A DNA stretch of 64,000 nt. Source: Octopus vulgaris (Eukaryota). The translations under genes were made by a program, and so were the position numbers. Shown in pieces: positions 12,270 to 31,405 of the stretch (positions are counted from its first letter, which is position 1; every line of letters begins with the position of its first letter). The notes under the pieces are model-generated. The model searched no databases. It saw nothing but the letters and a program-made list of their open reading frames with translations, and was not told where the DNA came from. The stretch spans positions 29,388,001-29,452,000 of the forward strand of contig OX597839.1 in NCBI GenBank assembly GCA_951406725.2. The letters are read 5' to 3'.

Positions 12270-12455
12270 GTGTGTGTGTGTGTGTGTGTGTGCTTGTGTT
12301 TACTTCTCACAACCGCTCTGTTTATGTCTCCGTGTCTTAGCGGTTCGGCAAGAGAGTCCGACAGAACGAGTACCACGTGATTTTTTCAACTAAACCTTTC
12401 AACGTGGTGCTCCAGTAAGGGCTGCAGGCCAATCTCAGAACTAAGCAAAAGAATA
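12270..12455 (+). mobile_element. SINE family B 3' fragment, diverged
   Basis: TTAGCGGTTCGGCAAGAGAGTCCGACAGAACGAGTACC...GTGGTGCTCCAG. Confidence 0.7.
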
Positions 12456-12522
12456 AAAGAAGAAAAAAATTTTACAACACCCCCTCTCTCTCTCTCTGTC
12501 CCTGTCTGTCTGTCTGTCTCTC

Positions 12523-13092
12523 ACATATATATATATATATATACATACATATATATATACATATATACATATATATATACATACATATATACATATATAT
12601 ATATACATACATATATATATACATATATACATATACATACATATATATATACATATATACATATATATATACATACATATATACATATATATATATATAC
12701 ATATATACATATATATATATATACATACATATATACATATATATATATACATACATATATACATACATATATACATACATATATACATACATATATACAT
12801 ACATATATACATATACATATACATACATATATACATACATATATACATATACACATATACATATATATATACATACATATATACATACATATATACATAT
12901 ACATATACATACATATATACATACATATATACATACATATACATATACATATACACATATATATACACATATATATACACATATATATACATATATATAT
13001 ATACATATATATATATACATATACACATATACATATACACATATATATACACATATATATATACATATATATATATACATATATATATATAC

Positions 13093-13123
<31 letters not shown>

Positions 13124-13228
13124 CATATACACATATATATACATATACACATATATATACATATACACATATATATACATATACACATATATATATATAT
13201 ACATACACACACACACACACATATATAT
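12523..13228. repeat. (TA/CA)n compound microsatellite, ~0.7 kb
   Basis: Alternating pyrimidine-A tract read directly from the sequence. Confidence 0.97.
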
Positions 13229-13380
13229 TCTTTTATAATTGAACTTGTTTCAGTCATTTCACTGTAGCCATGCTGGAGCACCGCCTTAAAAGGTCTTTTA
13301 GCCGAATAAAACGACCCCAGGACTTATTCTTTGTAAGCCTAGTACTTATTCTATTGGATCGTTTTGCCGAACTGCTAAGT
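13228..13380 (-). mobile_element. SINE family B 3' fragment
   Basis: CTTGTTTCAGTCATTTCACTGTAGCCATGCTGGAGCACCGCC...GCCGAACTGCTAAGT. Confidence 0.82.
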
Positions 13381-13900
13381 GGCTGGAGAGGGTTGCTACT
13401 GGAAGGCCATACGTGTGGCATTAATCTCCTTATCATACCTCCGGAAAGAGTTAGAAGTGTTGGTTGGAGAATTTTTACGACTTCACCAACCCCCAATTTC
13501 TAGCCTCCTAATTCCCCCGAGTGCGACTCCATGGACTACTGCGTGGGCGGGAGCTTGTGCTTTAATTTCTTTTTATGCAAACGGTCAAATTTATCCCGAA
13601 CATCCTGTAAATATTTCTTTTTTATGGACAGCTGCACCGGAAACTACGAAGACGTATTCAGGAAGCAAAGGACGCAGCAGGCGCTCTGGATGCATCTGCA
13701 CGCCGGAATTGATTCAACAACTGTAGGACAAGGTGATGGAATTCCCGTTTTGAAGAGGGAGAAATGGGTGTTGGAGTCGCTCCCACGAAGCTGGCGCTGA
13801 ATGACGATCTTTGCTGCCACTCGTACAAGAGGCATAAAAGACAAGTACTGACATCAAAGTCCAAAGAGAACCGCTAGACGTAGGCGAAGAAGCGGCTATT
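13380..13900 (+). pseudogene. maT/DD37D-like Tc1/mariner transposase remnants (C-terminal piece, element end, then N-terminal piece)
   Basis: 13380-13555 reads WLERVATGRPYVW..HTSGKS*KCWLENFYDFT..PPNSPECDSMDY. A TIR-like end CCCGAACATCCTG|TA lies at ~13607. 13620-13900 reads CTPELIQQL*DKVME..KLALNDDLCCHSYKRHKRQVLTSKSKENR. Confidence 0.75.
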
Positions 13901-14039
13901 TTTAGTAACCTCTTATTTCTCGGCCATCATCCAGTTGACGTCTGCTCATTTTAAAAATACCGTCTTTTCTTTTCCTTAAATGAGAACTGTTTAAATTTAG
14001 CCAGGACAGCGTGGATATGCGTGTGTGTGTGTATTTATG

Positions 14040-20420
<6,381 letters not shown>

Positions 20421-21120
20421 ACCACGCACACACACATACCACGCCACACACACTCATGAATCACACTGGATTAAGGTTGCCATACTTTGCTGTAATATAT
20501 TCCTAAAAGACCTCTCTAAACGCATTCACTCCTGGCTTAACGGATAAAGGTTTTAATGCAAAACAATACTCTTCATTGATTTAAAGTAGTCAAAATTTTC
20601 AGACGGAAACAGAAAGAAGCAAGGACCCACGCACGGCCAGTCGGCCTGCACTCCTTTTCCTTTTTGCTTGTTTTTCGCTCTTCTTTCTTCGCTCTGAAAT
20701 TAGTATACCAGTTATAATAATTTAGTATTCTACTTATGTTGTTGAACACCATTTGTGCCTGGTTCTGCTCGTCTGCAGTTAATTAATCCACTGCTGCAAC
20801 AACTGCATACAACTGCCAAGCGATTAATTGAATTAAAATGCGACGAACATCGAGGTTTAGATTTAACAATGGTTTTTAATCTCTGGAGGAATAAAGAAAT
20901 ACTGTGTGTTGGGGATAGATTTTTTTCCCCTTTAATACTCAATCGAAATCTAATAAACAAGCAATTAATTAATACGTGGGTCTAATAAACGTGACTCTGG
21001 GGTCAGGAAGTTCGCTTCGCAATCAAACTGTTCCGGGTTTAGTTTCAGCTTCACTGCGCGGCACCTTGAGCAAGTGTTTTCATTTACAGCCCTTGAAAGG
21101 GTTATAGTAGAAGATACTTG

Positions 21121-21267
21121 AAAGGCCAGGCTGGAAGCCCCCAAAAAAAACTGAAGGACCGCTGCAGTTAGTGAATCTGAGAGGGGAACATGTTGAATAA
21201 AATCATAATGAACTGATCTTCCTCTATTTTCTTTCACTCCAAACCAGAAACTTTTCAGCACCCCTCG
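21121..21267 (+). mobile_element. Mariner-derived MITE, 3' part
   Basis: Homologous to 21301-21513; ends ACTTTTCAGCACCCCTCG|TA. Confidence 0.78.
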
Positions 21268-21300
21268 TATATATGTATATATGTATGCTTATCTTATATA

Positions 21301-21513
21301 CGAGAGGGCGATGAAAATTTCTTGGTTTTAAGGGTGTCGTGAAAGGCCTGGTTGGAGGCCTAACATTCTGAGGAGTTCTTTTACAGGGCTTAGAAAAACT
21401 GAAGGACCACAGTAATAAATGTGTGAATCTGAGATGGGGTTATATTGAATAAAATCATAATTAACTGATCCTCCTGTATTTTCTTCTACCCGGAACTTTT
21501 CACCAAACCCTCG
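21301..21513 (+). mobile_element. Mariner-derived MITE, ~213 bp, TA-flanked
   Basis: TA|CGAGAGGGCGATGAAAA...ACTTTTCACCAAACCCTCG|TA. The interior encodes the mariner C-terminus FLQGLEKLKDHSNKCVNLRWGYIE*. Confidence 0.88.
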
Positions 21514-21644
21514 TATATACACATATACATACATACATTGGCACATACACACACACACACATATCAAAAAGAAAAATGGACGATTATACGTCTTCAAAAT
21601 TTGTTCATTCCAGTACTTATCAAATTTACATTAAATTCCTTTTC

Positions 21645-21835
21645 TACTCTGGGCACAAGACCCGACATTTTCGGGAAGGGGACCAGTCATTTAGATCGAC
21701 CCCCGTGCGCAACTGGTACTTAATTTATCGACCCAGAAAGGATGACAGGCAAAGTCGACCTCAACGGAATTTGAACTCCGACCGCAAAGACAGACGAAAT
21801 ACCGTTAATCATTTTGCCCGGGGCGCGAACATTTC
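21645..21835 (-). mobile_element. SINE family A, older copy
   Basis: ATCGACCC...AACTGGTACTTAATTTATCGACCCAGAAAGGATGACAGGCAAAGTCGACCTC...GGAATTTGAACTC. Confidence 0.85.
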
Positions 21836-22277
21836 TTATTTCTATTGGGTAAGTTTTCCGTCCTTTGATGTAGTGTTTACGCCCACTTATTTGATTCATT
21901 TGCAGTATACATTAAATACCGACACTACGTATATGTTACACATATATGCATGCATGTGTGCATCTATCTATCTATCTATATCTATCTATTTATCTATCTG
22001 GAGTCAGCCAAGTCTCGGTGATAGTTATCACATCTGGGGAATCACGCATGGCCAGTGTAAATAATTCGCTGTACATGCTAGAAATGGTAACCGAATTGTT
22101 CTCACATCCTACTGAATCAAGCATCTACAAATTTTATTAGTAGTGTGTCTGCGTCTATTCTCTTGATATGTCCATGAAAGCCGGATTAACTGCCAGGGTA
22201 CTTCCTGCACATCTGCATTTTGCGGAAACACTACCAGGTCGTTTAGTATGGAAAATACTGAATATATATATATATCT

Positions 22278-22480
22278 GTAACATAGTATGTGACAATTAT
22301 TCGGTTGCCATAAAAACTTCGAGTTTCGGATGTCGGGGCGGAAATCTGCTCCTGTATCTCGTCAGTTATTAAGACAAAACAACATTGCTATGAAAATGAC
22401 CGTTAAACAAAGGGAAATTACTATGAAGTTGACCGTTATTAAGACAAACAAAAGAGCTATTAGAATGCCCACTAAGTATT
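22278..22480 (-). mobile_element. Penelope-like 3' tail with type I hammerhead motif (22310-22369)
   Basis: Minus strand: ATAA-CTGACGA-GAT(24 nt, CpG-decayed hairpin)ATCC-GAAAC-TCGAA-GTT-TTTAT. Upstream are TAACGGTC repeats; flanked by (TA)n. Confidence 0.65.
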
Positions 22481-22571
22481 ACTATATATATATATATATA
22501 TATATATTCGTTTGAATAATTGTGGATATCTTTTCTCATATGAAACCATTGGTTGCCTTGTTAATCCACAA

Positions 22572-22602
<31 letters not shown>

Positions 22603-22704
22603 GTAATTTTAATTAAGGTTTAGGCTTAGAGAAAATTACTACTAAGTACTTCTCGATGAAAGATCGCTGTCTATTTCTTATTATTTATATATGTTGTACA
22701 TTAG

Positions 22705-22918
22705 TCTCAAATTTTGGCACAAGGTCAGCAATTTTGGTGGAGGAATAAGTCGATTAGATCGACCCCAGTGATCAACTGGTACTTAGTTTATCGACCTAGA
22801 AAGGAATGAAAGGCAAAGTCGACCGCAGCGGAATTTGAACTCAGAACGTGAAGATGGGCGAAATGCCGCCAAGTATTTTGCCCGGTGTGCTAACGATTCT
22901 GCCAGGTCACCGCCTTAA
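22705..22918 (-). mobile_element. SINE family A, older subfamily
   Basis: Reverse complement of the GGCGG..CTGGCAGAATCGTTAGCAC head and the GGTCGACTTTGCCTTTCAT body. Confidence 0.87.
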
Positions 22919-23049
22919 ATATATGTTCTACATTGCTATATAATGAATTTAGAGCCAATTCACTCCATCAGTTTCTTTAAAAAATTTGCTTTACAATCAA
23001 CTTATGTCCATCTACAATTTATACTGGGATACTTAAGCTTATAGCATGG

Positions 23050-23575
23050 CCGCAACTTTCAAGCCGAAACAATTTAAAGATTTAAAGATATATTGAGAAA
23101 AACGTAGCTAACATGGAGGACTGAAAGCCATCGCATTCTTGGGAAAGAGTTGCTCGTATCACGATGATTCGCGCCGGGTATCAAGATGCCGACATCATGA
23201 TTGCTGCTCAGTGGTCTGTGAACTATGTAAAGTCTCGAAGACTTGACAGGGACAGCTGTAACGGAGACACCGAAATCATGGCCAGAAGGAAGGGACACAG
23301 TAAGAGTTCACCCAACAACTGCAGGACAGGGCCTTAGGTTCAGTTTAGAGGCTACGTGAAGCTGCTGGAGAAGATTACTGCTGAAAGGCCATGCGTGGGA
23401 CTGCAGGATTCCGCTCCTTGTCAGACCAGCAGAAAAAGCCAGAGTTGTTATCAGAGAATATCAACGACTTCACTGGCCCCAATTACTGGTCTCCAAGTTC
23501 CTCCGATTCTGATCTCGTGGAAAACTGTGGGGATGGGACATTGTGTTTTCTTTCTTTTTATGCAAACTGTATATA
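23050..23575 (+). pseudogene. Internally deleted maT/DD37D-like transposase remnant, same family as 13380-13900
   Basis: MED*KPSHSWERVARITMIRAG...DSCNGDTEIMARRKGHS, then LLEKITAERPCVGLQDSAPCQTSRKSQ..LSENINDFTGPNYWSPSSSD. Confidence 0.72.
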
Positions 23576-24059
23576 TTCTTAGCAGGATGAACGGCGTTCC
23601 AGGTATGATCATCCAATATTTTATTTCAAACAGGGCGTGTATGACTATATTGTCAGATATTTCTCTTTTTTTTTTAAAGAAGCTTTGGCTGCTGTTTTTT
23701 TTTTTAAATTGGGCAACCATGTGGAGAGTCCTCCACTGACTCATAACTTTTCAGGTTGTTCTCACAGGAATTCCGTTTACTAATAACATACTTGCTCGTT
23801 TTAAAGCTACGGTCTCCAAACCTTCAATTATTTTCAGCATGCATCTGGAAGGCATTTTTCGTTCTCCCACCTGCGTTTCACAACCAATAGATACATGGTG
23901 ACAGTAGGCCAATTCACCAAGGACATACCTGTCAATTCTCACTTACCTTTCAGAAAATGTACTGAACGACACTCCCTCTCCCTTTCTCTCTCGCCACTCT
24001 TACCTTCTACTCTGGTGGAATTTTAAGTTTGTGAGGTTGAAAAAGGCAACTGCCTATCT

Positions 24060-25075
24060 CCAGTCTTTACAGTGATTACGAGCATACAACATCTTGTAAG
24101 GTCTCGTAAAAGTAAAAAAAAAAAAAAACAGACTGTTACGTATCATTTCAGTATTTTCTACTAAACTGTCTCTTTCGCACCCAGACAGAGAAAAACTGCC
24201 TGTCCTACCCGGACAAAGAAAAATAGCGGGGTGATACAATGGATTTAGCTGAAGACCGGATCCATCTACAACGCTACAGAAGTCGTTTAACATGTCTGTC
24301 CCCAGTTCTTTCAGTCCATTCCAGAACACAACCCCTTTCACTACCGGACAAAGAAAAAAGTGCCTACTCTTCGGGGCTAAATACTTATTTCTTTACTACC
24401 CACAAGGGGCTAAACATAGAGGGGATAAACAAGGACAGACAAACAGATTAAGTCGATTACATCGACCCCAGTGCGTAACTGGTACTTAATTTATCGACCC
24501 CGAAGGGATGAAAGGCAAAGTCGACCTCGGCGGAATTTGAACTCAGAACGTAACGGCAGACGAAATACGGCTACGCATTTCGCCCGGCGCGCTAACGATT
24601 CTGCCAGCTCGCCGGAATACCAGTGAGATAGAATCAGCTGATGGTCGGGATCCGTCCTACACGCAGCAGCAGCTGTTTCACATAGTTTTAATAAGTCAGC
24701 AAAACTTAGATACAGAGTTCCATCGTCCTGCACCCATCTCGGACAGGACCGAGGTTGACGGCATTCCGGTGCCTATTGAGTTACCGCTATCCAGCACTGT
24801 TCCTCCCCAGTAGTCCTATCAAGTGAAGGATTTCTGGAAGTTTCCGAGCTAAAATTCTTCGGGACACAACTAGTTAGTCCATCCACATCGATGTCCGAAG
24901 TATGCTGGGAACATCTAACCTCATGCTCAACCAGTAATTCTGTATGGGAAGCAGATATCGACGACGTCTCCACCGCTGCATTACCTGATCGGTGCAATTC
25001 TTTGAAAAGAGACTGGAGCACAATGTTGCTCGAGTGTTGAATCAGGTCTTTTACGATGATGTCGACAGCAGCAGC
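24060..25075 (-). pseudogene. Possible highly decayed L1/Tx1 ORF2 3' remnant, split by a SINE A copy
   Basis: Short minus-strand peptides (CCRHH, MQRWRRRRYL, HFFLCPVV, HVKRLL*RCRWIRSSAKSIV) loosely parallel the Tx1 piece at 57596-58336. Weak. Confidence 0.35.
24378..24613 (-). mobile_element. SINE family A, young full-length copy
   Basis: Near-identical reverse complement of 1571-1805. Confidence 0.92.
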
Positions 25076-25082
25076 AGCAGCA

Positions 25083-25468
25083 GTGGAGGCGCAATGGCTC
25101 AATGGTTAGGGCAGCGGACTCGCGGTCGGAGGATCGCGGTTTCGATTCTCAGACCGGGCGTTGTGTGTGTTTATTGAACGAAAACATCTAAAGCTCCACG
25201 AGGCTCCGGCAGGGGATGGTGGCGACCCCTGTTGTACTCTTTCGCTACAACTTTCTCTCACTCTTTCTTCCTGTTTCTTGTCCCCGACTTCCTACGCAAC
25301 CGCCGAGCCTGGATGCGCATTCATCCATCCGTCGCTGCTCTCGGTGTCGGCGGGGGTTGACCTGCTCTCTCTTCTGCGGGTCTTACGAATAGCAAAGGAC
25401 CACGTTTCGGACTTCTCCCATCTTGCGAGCTCTGGGACGATGACCGTTCGCTCAACAGCAACAAGATC

Positions 25469-25499
<31 letters not shown>

Positions 25500-25500
25500 G
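25083..25500 (+). mobile_element. SINE family C (second tail type) with (CAA)n tail
   Basis: GGAGGCGCAATGGCTCAATGGTTAGGGCAGCGGACTCGCGG tRNA-like head. Shares sequence with the 3160 copy up to ACTTTCTCTCACTCTTTC, then diverges. Confidence 0.85.
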
Positions 25501-26374
25501 AACAAAAAAAAAACAAACAAAAAAACAAAAAAACACTGAACGTATCCAAGGCACAATGAGCTGCGGTCGGTAACGCAGTGAAAGCACGCAATAAAAATAA
25601 GACTTCTGAATAATAATGATAATAATAATAATAATTGCTATTTCCTTTTTGTTTAATTAATGCAATGCTTATTGCAAATTCTTTTAATTTAAAGCTCCTC
25701 TTCGTCGTCCTCCTCCTCCCTCCCCTTAGTCTCTCCTACTTCAACTCCCTGTATCTAAGCTCTGATAGGTTGGTAAATGAAGCAGTAAGCCCTTAATACC
25801 GAACTGCCGGAGGCGATTGTGTCTCGTTAGTTCTCGCCTTCTCCGTTATCACTGCTTTAGATATGTTTATTTAAGGAGATAATTTTTATCGGGTAAAAAA
25901 AAGAAAAATAGATAAATAAATATAAATAAACAAAAATGAAGAAAACAACAAAAAACAAAATAAAGTAAAGTAAAATAATATTGGAAAGGAAATAAAAATA
26001 TAAAATGAAATAGAATTTACTTTTGGCTCACGGATAGCCTGGAGCAGGCCAAACCAGTGATTAGCGATTGGAATATCATATGCAGCAGTACATGCATTTA
26101 ATATATATATATATACATACATATATATATATATTTATATATATACATATATATATAAACATATATATATATATGCATATACATACATATACATATATAT
26201 ATGTATGTATGTATATATATATGCATCTATGTATATATATATGTATATATATATATATTTGTGTGCGTGTCTCTGTGTGTGTGTGTACGCGTGTATATAT
26301 ATTGCCTCCAATGGCAGTGAAATACAGTACAATACTATTATTACTACTACTAATAATAATGTTTATAAATTAAG

Positions 26375-26770
26375 CAGAAGGCAAACAGTTTTGAAGGGAG
26401 GGTGTTAGCCGATTACATCGACCACAGCATTTTACTGGTACGTTAGGTCATCGACCCCCGGATGGCGGAAAGGCAAAGATGACCTCGGCGGGTTTGGGAT
26501 CCGAAATCAGAACGTGAAGATCCGATGAATGTAATATAGGGCATTTTCTTCGACGCTCTGACGATTCTATTAATCGACCAGCCTGAGGCACAATGCCACA
26601 AATCTGTGGTTGGTTGATTAACTCGAATTCAGCGCTTAACTCTTGCTTTATTTTATCGGCTCCGGAGGGATGAAAAACAAAGATGGACTCAATGAGATTT
26701 GAAATCAAAAAATAAAGAACTGAAACAAGTACAGCAGAGTATTTTGACTGACGCTTTATTGTTTTTGTCA
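26375..26770 (-). mobile_element. Two old, diverged SINE family A copies
   Basis: CGATTACATCGACC..CTGGTAC..ATCGACCCCCGGATGGCGGAAAGGCAAAG, plus a second, more decayed unit. Confidence 0.65.
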
Positions 26771-27289
26771 ATCCACCATTTCTTTATAGTTACAAAGAGC
26801 TTCTTCATACAATGCAATGAGCATTAAAACCATGGGGCAATGGGTACCATACATGTGGGGATGGACAAACGATGTTATATAAAAGAGTGCGAAGTGGTAA
26901 GAACGTCATAATATGAAAAAGGTTATATAGAATTTAATAAAACAGGAAAGAAATATAATAATATCATAAAATACCTTAATTAAAATAAGGTTTAATTATA
27001 ATAAAACATATGGAAAACATAGAAAGTCATCCACAAATGAGGCCGAGTCAGAACATATCACATTTCTAATTGCATTCCATTCATTGTATTTCTCTGAGGA
27101 ACATGGAAAACAGCCTTAACTACCCTTTACGTAGATAGGTTTATACACAAAACAACCGCTTCCAAAAGATATCTTCATCTTTTACATGTTTCAGTCATTT
27201 GACTGTATGTATGTATGTATGTATGTATGTATGTATGTATGTATGTATGCATGTGACCATTCCGAAATATAACAATATATATATATCTC

Positions 27290-27480
27290 GGCCATGCTTG
27301 ATCGCTAAATCCACAAGTTATTTCATTATCTCTCTGTTTATTTTCTCTTATTCCTTTCTGTTGAAGAGCATAGGCGCGAAACATAAAAGACTTTCTCACC
27401 TTCCCGAGCGTTAAACTAATACACCTCTTTGTTGTTTATACATCTGTCTTCGTCTTTTGTTTTTCTGTAAATTTCAATGT
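27290..27480 (+). mobile_element. Penelope-like tail with degenerate minimal hammerhead (27354-27390)
   Basis: CTTT-CTGTTGA-AGAGCATAGGCGC-GAAAC-ATA-AAAG, followed by a pyrimidine-rich tail ending at (TA)n. An inverted copy of the tail lies at 27590-27644. Confidence 0.6.
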
Positions 27481-27501
27481 ATATATATATACACACACAC
27501 A

Positions 27502-27548
<47 letters not shown>

Positions 27549-28069
27549 ATCACTGCATTACTTTTGTTTATCTAACTATATGTATACAGTTGAAATTTAC
27601 AGAAAAACAAAAGACGAAGACAGGTGTATAAACAACAAGCAGGTATATATGTATATGTGTATGTATAAATACATTGTCCAGAAGCGTTAACGTGGATGCC
27701 CTGAGTACCATTCAAGAATTATTCGGAATATATTACTCCTGGTTTCCTAAATTGTTAAAATTCACGGAATGTAAATGAATTCTTGTCGAAACCTGATGAA
27801 CGGAGAAAAGGTGAAAGTGACAGCCGTAATGGGATCGATGGCTAATCCAGCTTAGATTACACACACTCACACACATATACACGCTCGCGCACCCACACAC
27901 ACCCACACACAGACACACAAGTATCTTCACGCATACACGCACAGTGTACATTTGTTAGACGAGTCGGCGTTGAATAATGATAAAAGGAGGTAACTCTTGG
28001 CTGCAGCTACTGACAATGAAGAGGATTGTGAAGATGGCGATAACGACCAACATGGCGACTGCAATGACG

Positions 28070-29360
28070 ATTATGACGATGGGGAGGACGACGACGACGA
28101 TGATGACGCTGATGACGACAGCGAAGATTGCCATAATGACGATGAATGATTATCATGATGGCAATGGAAGCTATGTTGGTGGTGATGATGACGATGACGA
28201 TGACGATGATGACAATGATGATGATGGGGATGATGATGATGGTGATGATGATGGTGATGATGGTGATGATGGTGATGATGGTGATGATGATGAGGATGGT
28301 GAGGATGGTGATGATGGTGATGATGATGATGGTGATGATGATGATGATGATGGTGATGATGGTGATGATGATGGTGATGATGATGATGATGATGATGACA
28401 ATGATGATGATGGGGATGATGATGATGATGATGGTGATGATGGTGATGATGATGATGGTGATGATGATGATGGTGATGATGATGGTGATGATGATGATGA
28501 TGATGATGGTGATGATGGTGATGATGATGAGGATGGTGAGGATGGTGATGATGATGATGATGATGGTGATGATGGTGATGATGATGAGGATGGTGAGGAT
28601 GGTGATGATGATGATGATGATGATGATGGTGATGATGGTGATGATGATGATGGTGATGAGGATGGTGAGGATGATGATGGTGATGATGATGAGGATGGTG
28701 ATGATGATGATGATGGTGATGATGATGAGGATGATGATGGTGATGGTGGTGATGATGGTGGTGATGATGGTGATGGTGGTGATGATGGTGATGATGATGG
28801 TGATGGTGATGATGATGATGATGATGATGGTGGTGATGATGGTGATGATGATGGTGATGGTGATGATGATGATGATGGTGATGATGATGGTGATGGTGAT
28901 GATGATGGTGATGAGGATGATGATGGTGATGATGATGAGGATGGTGAGGATGATGATGATGGTGATGATGATGATGATGGTGATGATGATGTCGACCACA
29001 GCATCGACATCGATGGTGGTGCAACTGCTTGATATATAAAGATGGATTATAAAGTCGGGTGTGTTACAGGTTATTTCTGATTAGCAAAGCCTTTAAGTAG
29101 CTGCACGTGCTCAGAATTATTGCTGTTGTTCATGATGATGATGATGATGACGATGATGGTGAGGATAATGGTGATGATGATGGTGAGGATGATGGTGAGA
29201 ACGGTGATGATGATGGTGAAGATGATGATCGTGATGATGATGACCGTGATGATAATGATGATAATTATGATGATGACGGTGATGATGATGATGGTGAGGA
29301 GGAAGGTGGCGACGATGACGATGACGACGACAGCGACAACAACGACGATGGTGATGATGA
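28070..29360. repeat. (GAT/GGT/GAG)n trinucleotide tract in two blocks
   Basis: 28180-28990 and 29130-29360 are read directly. They are open in several frames (poly-D/G, poly-M/V, poly-H, poly-S, poly-I). Confidence 0.96.
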
Positions 29361-29426
29361 AAAGTATAATGTTATCAGTTAAAAACGAAGATCGTAGTAG
29401 GAAGTTAGACAGACGAAAGTAATGCA

Positions 29427-29551
<125 letters not shown>

Positions 29552-29577
29552 GTGAGTATATATATATATTTATATAT

Positions 29578-30785
29578 GTATAAAACTGAGAATGTGTGTC
29601 TGTCTGTGTGTATGTGTGCATCACAAAAACTCGAGAACTACCTAACCGATTTCATTCAAATTTTACACATGCACTACTTAACGTCCATGGGGTGCCATGG
29701 GCCAAAATACTTTTCAACTTCTTGCCTAATGCGAGCCCGGAGCAATCTCTTACACTGTTTCGGTATTACGTGTTAAAAGTGACACAATAACATCTTTATT
29801 GTAATGTGAGATAATAGTTTCACTATTAATAGAGAAACTATTATTCACGTTACATATGTACATGCATACATATATATATGGATATGGATATATATATATA
29901 GATGAGAGAGAGAGAGAAGGAGAAGCATTATTAAAAGTATGCATATATAAATGTGTGCGTAAGTGTATTATATGTATGTATATATATATATATATATTCG
30001 CACATATATATATATCAACGCGTATGGATATATATGTATTTATATATGTATGCATATATGCATATATTTAATACATACGTACACACACACACATATATAA
30101 CTCGTATGTGTGTGTATATATGTATATATAAATATATGTGTGGAAATATATATATGTATAAATCTCTGCCCCCCCTCTCTATTATTATACGAATTATGTA
30201 AGAGAAGCAGCTGTAGACACAAATTTTTATGTATTTAGTGTACTTAACGTATGTCTGTCGTTGGAAATCCATTTACAGACGTATTCTGTTAGAAATATAC
30301 AATTTGCATCGGAGCTGAGCGAAACGAAATCAGCCGCAAGCGACTGCGAAAGCGCCAGATATGTGTTTCTCCTTTTTGTTGCTTGTCAATATTACGTACT
30401 CGTTTCACTTCGGAAATGTAATCGTATTTGCCAGTCTTAAGTATATAGAGGCAAAGTATAAACTATACACTCGTTCGCTATGGCTCTGCACCAGTACAAT
30501 ACAATTTGAATTATAGAAGAGAAGCGGTTATAGAGTAAAATCTTCATCTGTATACGAGAAGCTGAATGACGGCTGAATATCACCTGATGAAATGGACTGG
30601 TTACGCAACAATGCAGATTAATGTTACGTAATGTAGTTTGCTTTGGTAATAAAGAATCACATTATTGAAATGTAGAGGTTCTTTGAGCGAACCATTCTTA
30701 TTTTGTTTACTAGATGATACGCTGCATAACGTGTATCAATTATACTACTGATACATATGTTGATTTTCAGAGTACCCGGAATTAG
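29578..30785 (+). mobile_element. Probable Helitron remnant, interrupted by microsatellite
   Basis: 5'-type TATAAAACTGAGAATGTGTGTCTGTCTGTG...AACCGATTTCATTCAAATTTTACAC. Possible decayed 3' end GAGTACCCGGAATTAGT at ~30770-30786. Confidence 0.4.
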
Positions 30786-30936
30786 TAAATAATTGTTTAA
30801 CTTTGTATGGTCCGTTATACTGAGCAGCTGAAGGATCTGGAAAATTTTCTTTGGAAGTACTCTATTAGTTAAAGATATGCAGATTTACTTCCGAGTTCAT
30901 TTGCCAACAACCAACTCATTCTCGCTGCATCATTTA

Positions 30937-31147
30937 CGAGGGTTGGGGGCTGAAAAGTTCCTGGCTTTGGGTAAAATAAAATACAGGAGGATCAGTTAAT
31001 TATGATTTTATTCAACTTATTCCCCTCACAGATTCACACACTTATTGCAGTGGTCCTTCAGTTTGTCTAAGCCCTGTAAAAGAACGCAGAAGGTTGCGTC
31101 TCAAACCAGGCCTTTCACGACACCCTTAACTTTTTAGCACCCTCTCG
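30937..31147 (-). mobile_element. Mariner-derived MITE, third copy
   Basis: TA|CGAGGG...GCTGAAAAGTT ... AACTTTTTAGCACCCTCTCG|TA; reverse complement of the 21301 element. Confidence 0.88.
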
Positions 31148-31279
31148 TATATATATACGTGTGTGTGTTTCTGTCTATCTGTCTGTCTGTCTGACTATAT
31201 ATATAAGCATATACATGACATACACAAAGCTCACATATATACATATATGTAAACACACACGCACATACATACATACATA

Positions 31280-31324
<45 letters not shown>

Positions 31325-31360
31325 CATACATACATACATACCATATATATATATATACAT

Positions 31361-31405
<45 letters not shown>

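Noticed and set aside
23660-24000. Minus-strand exon (AG|GTAAGT at 23946) or Tc1 HTH fragment
   Set aside because: The peptide GIPVRTT*KVMSQWRTLH is only suggestive, and no acceptor or partner exon could be identified.
25083-25160. tRNA gene (also 3161, 39091, 59910-59980)
   Set aside because: A/B boxes are present but there is no complete cloverleaf or acceptor stem, and each continues into a SINE body.
28007-29039. Poly-His, poly-Ser, poly-Ile and poly-Met ORFs
   Set aside because: They are alternative frames of the (GAT)n repeat.
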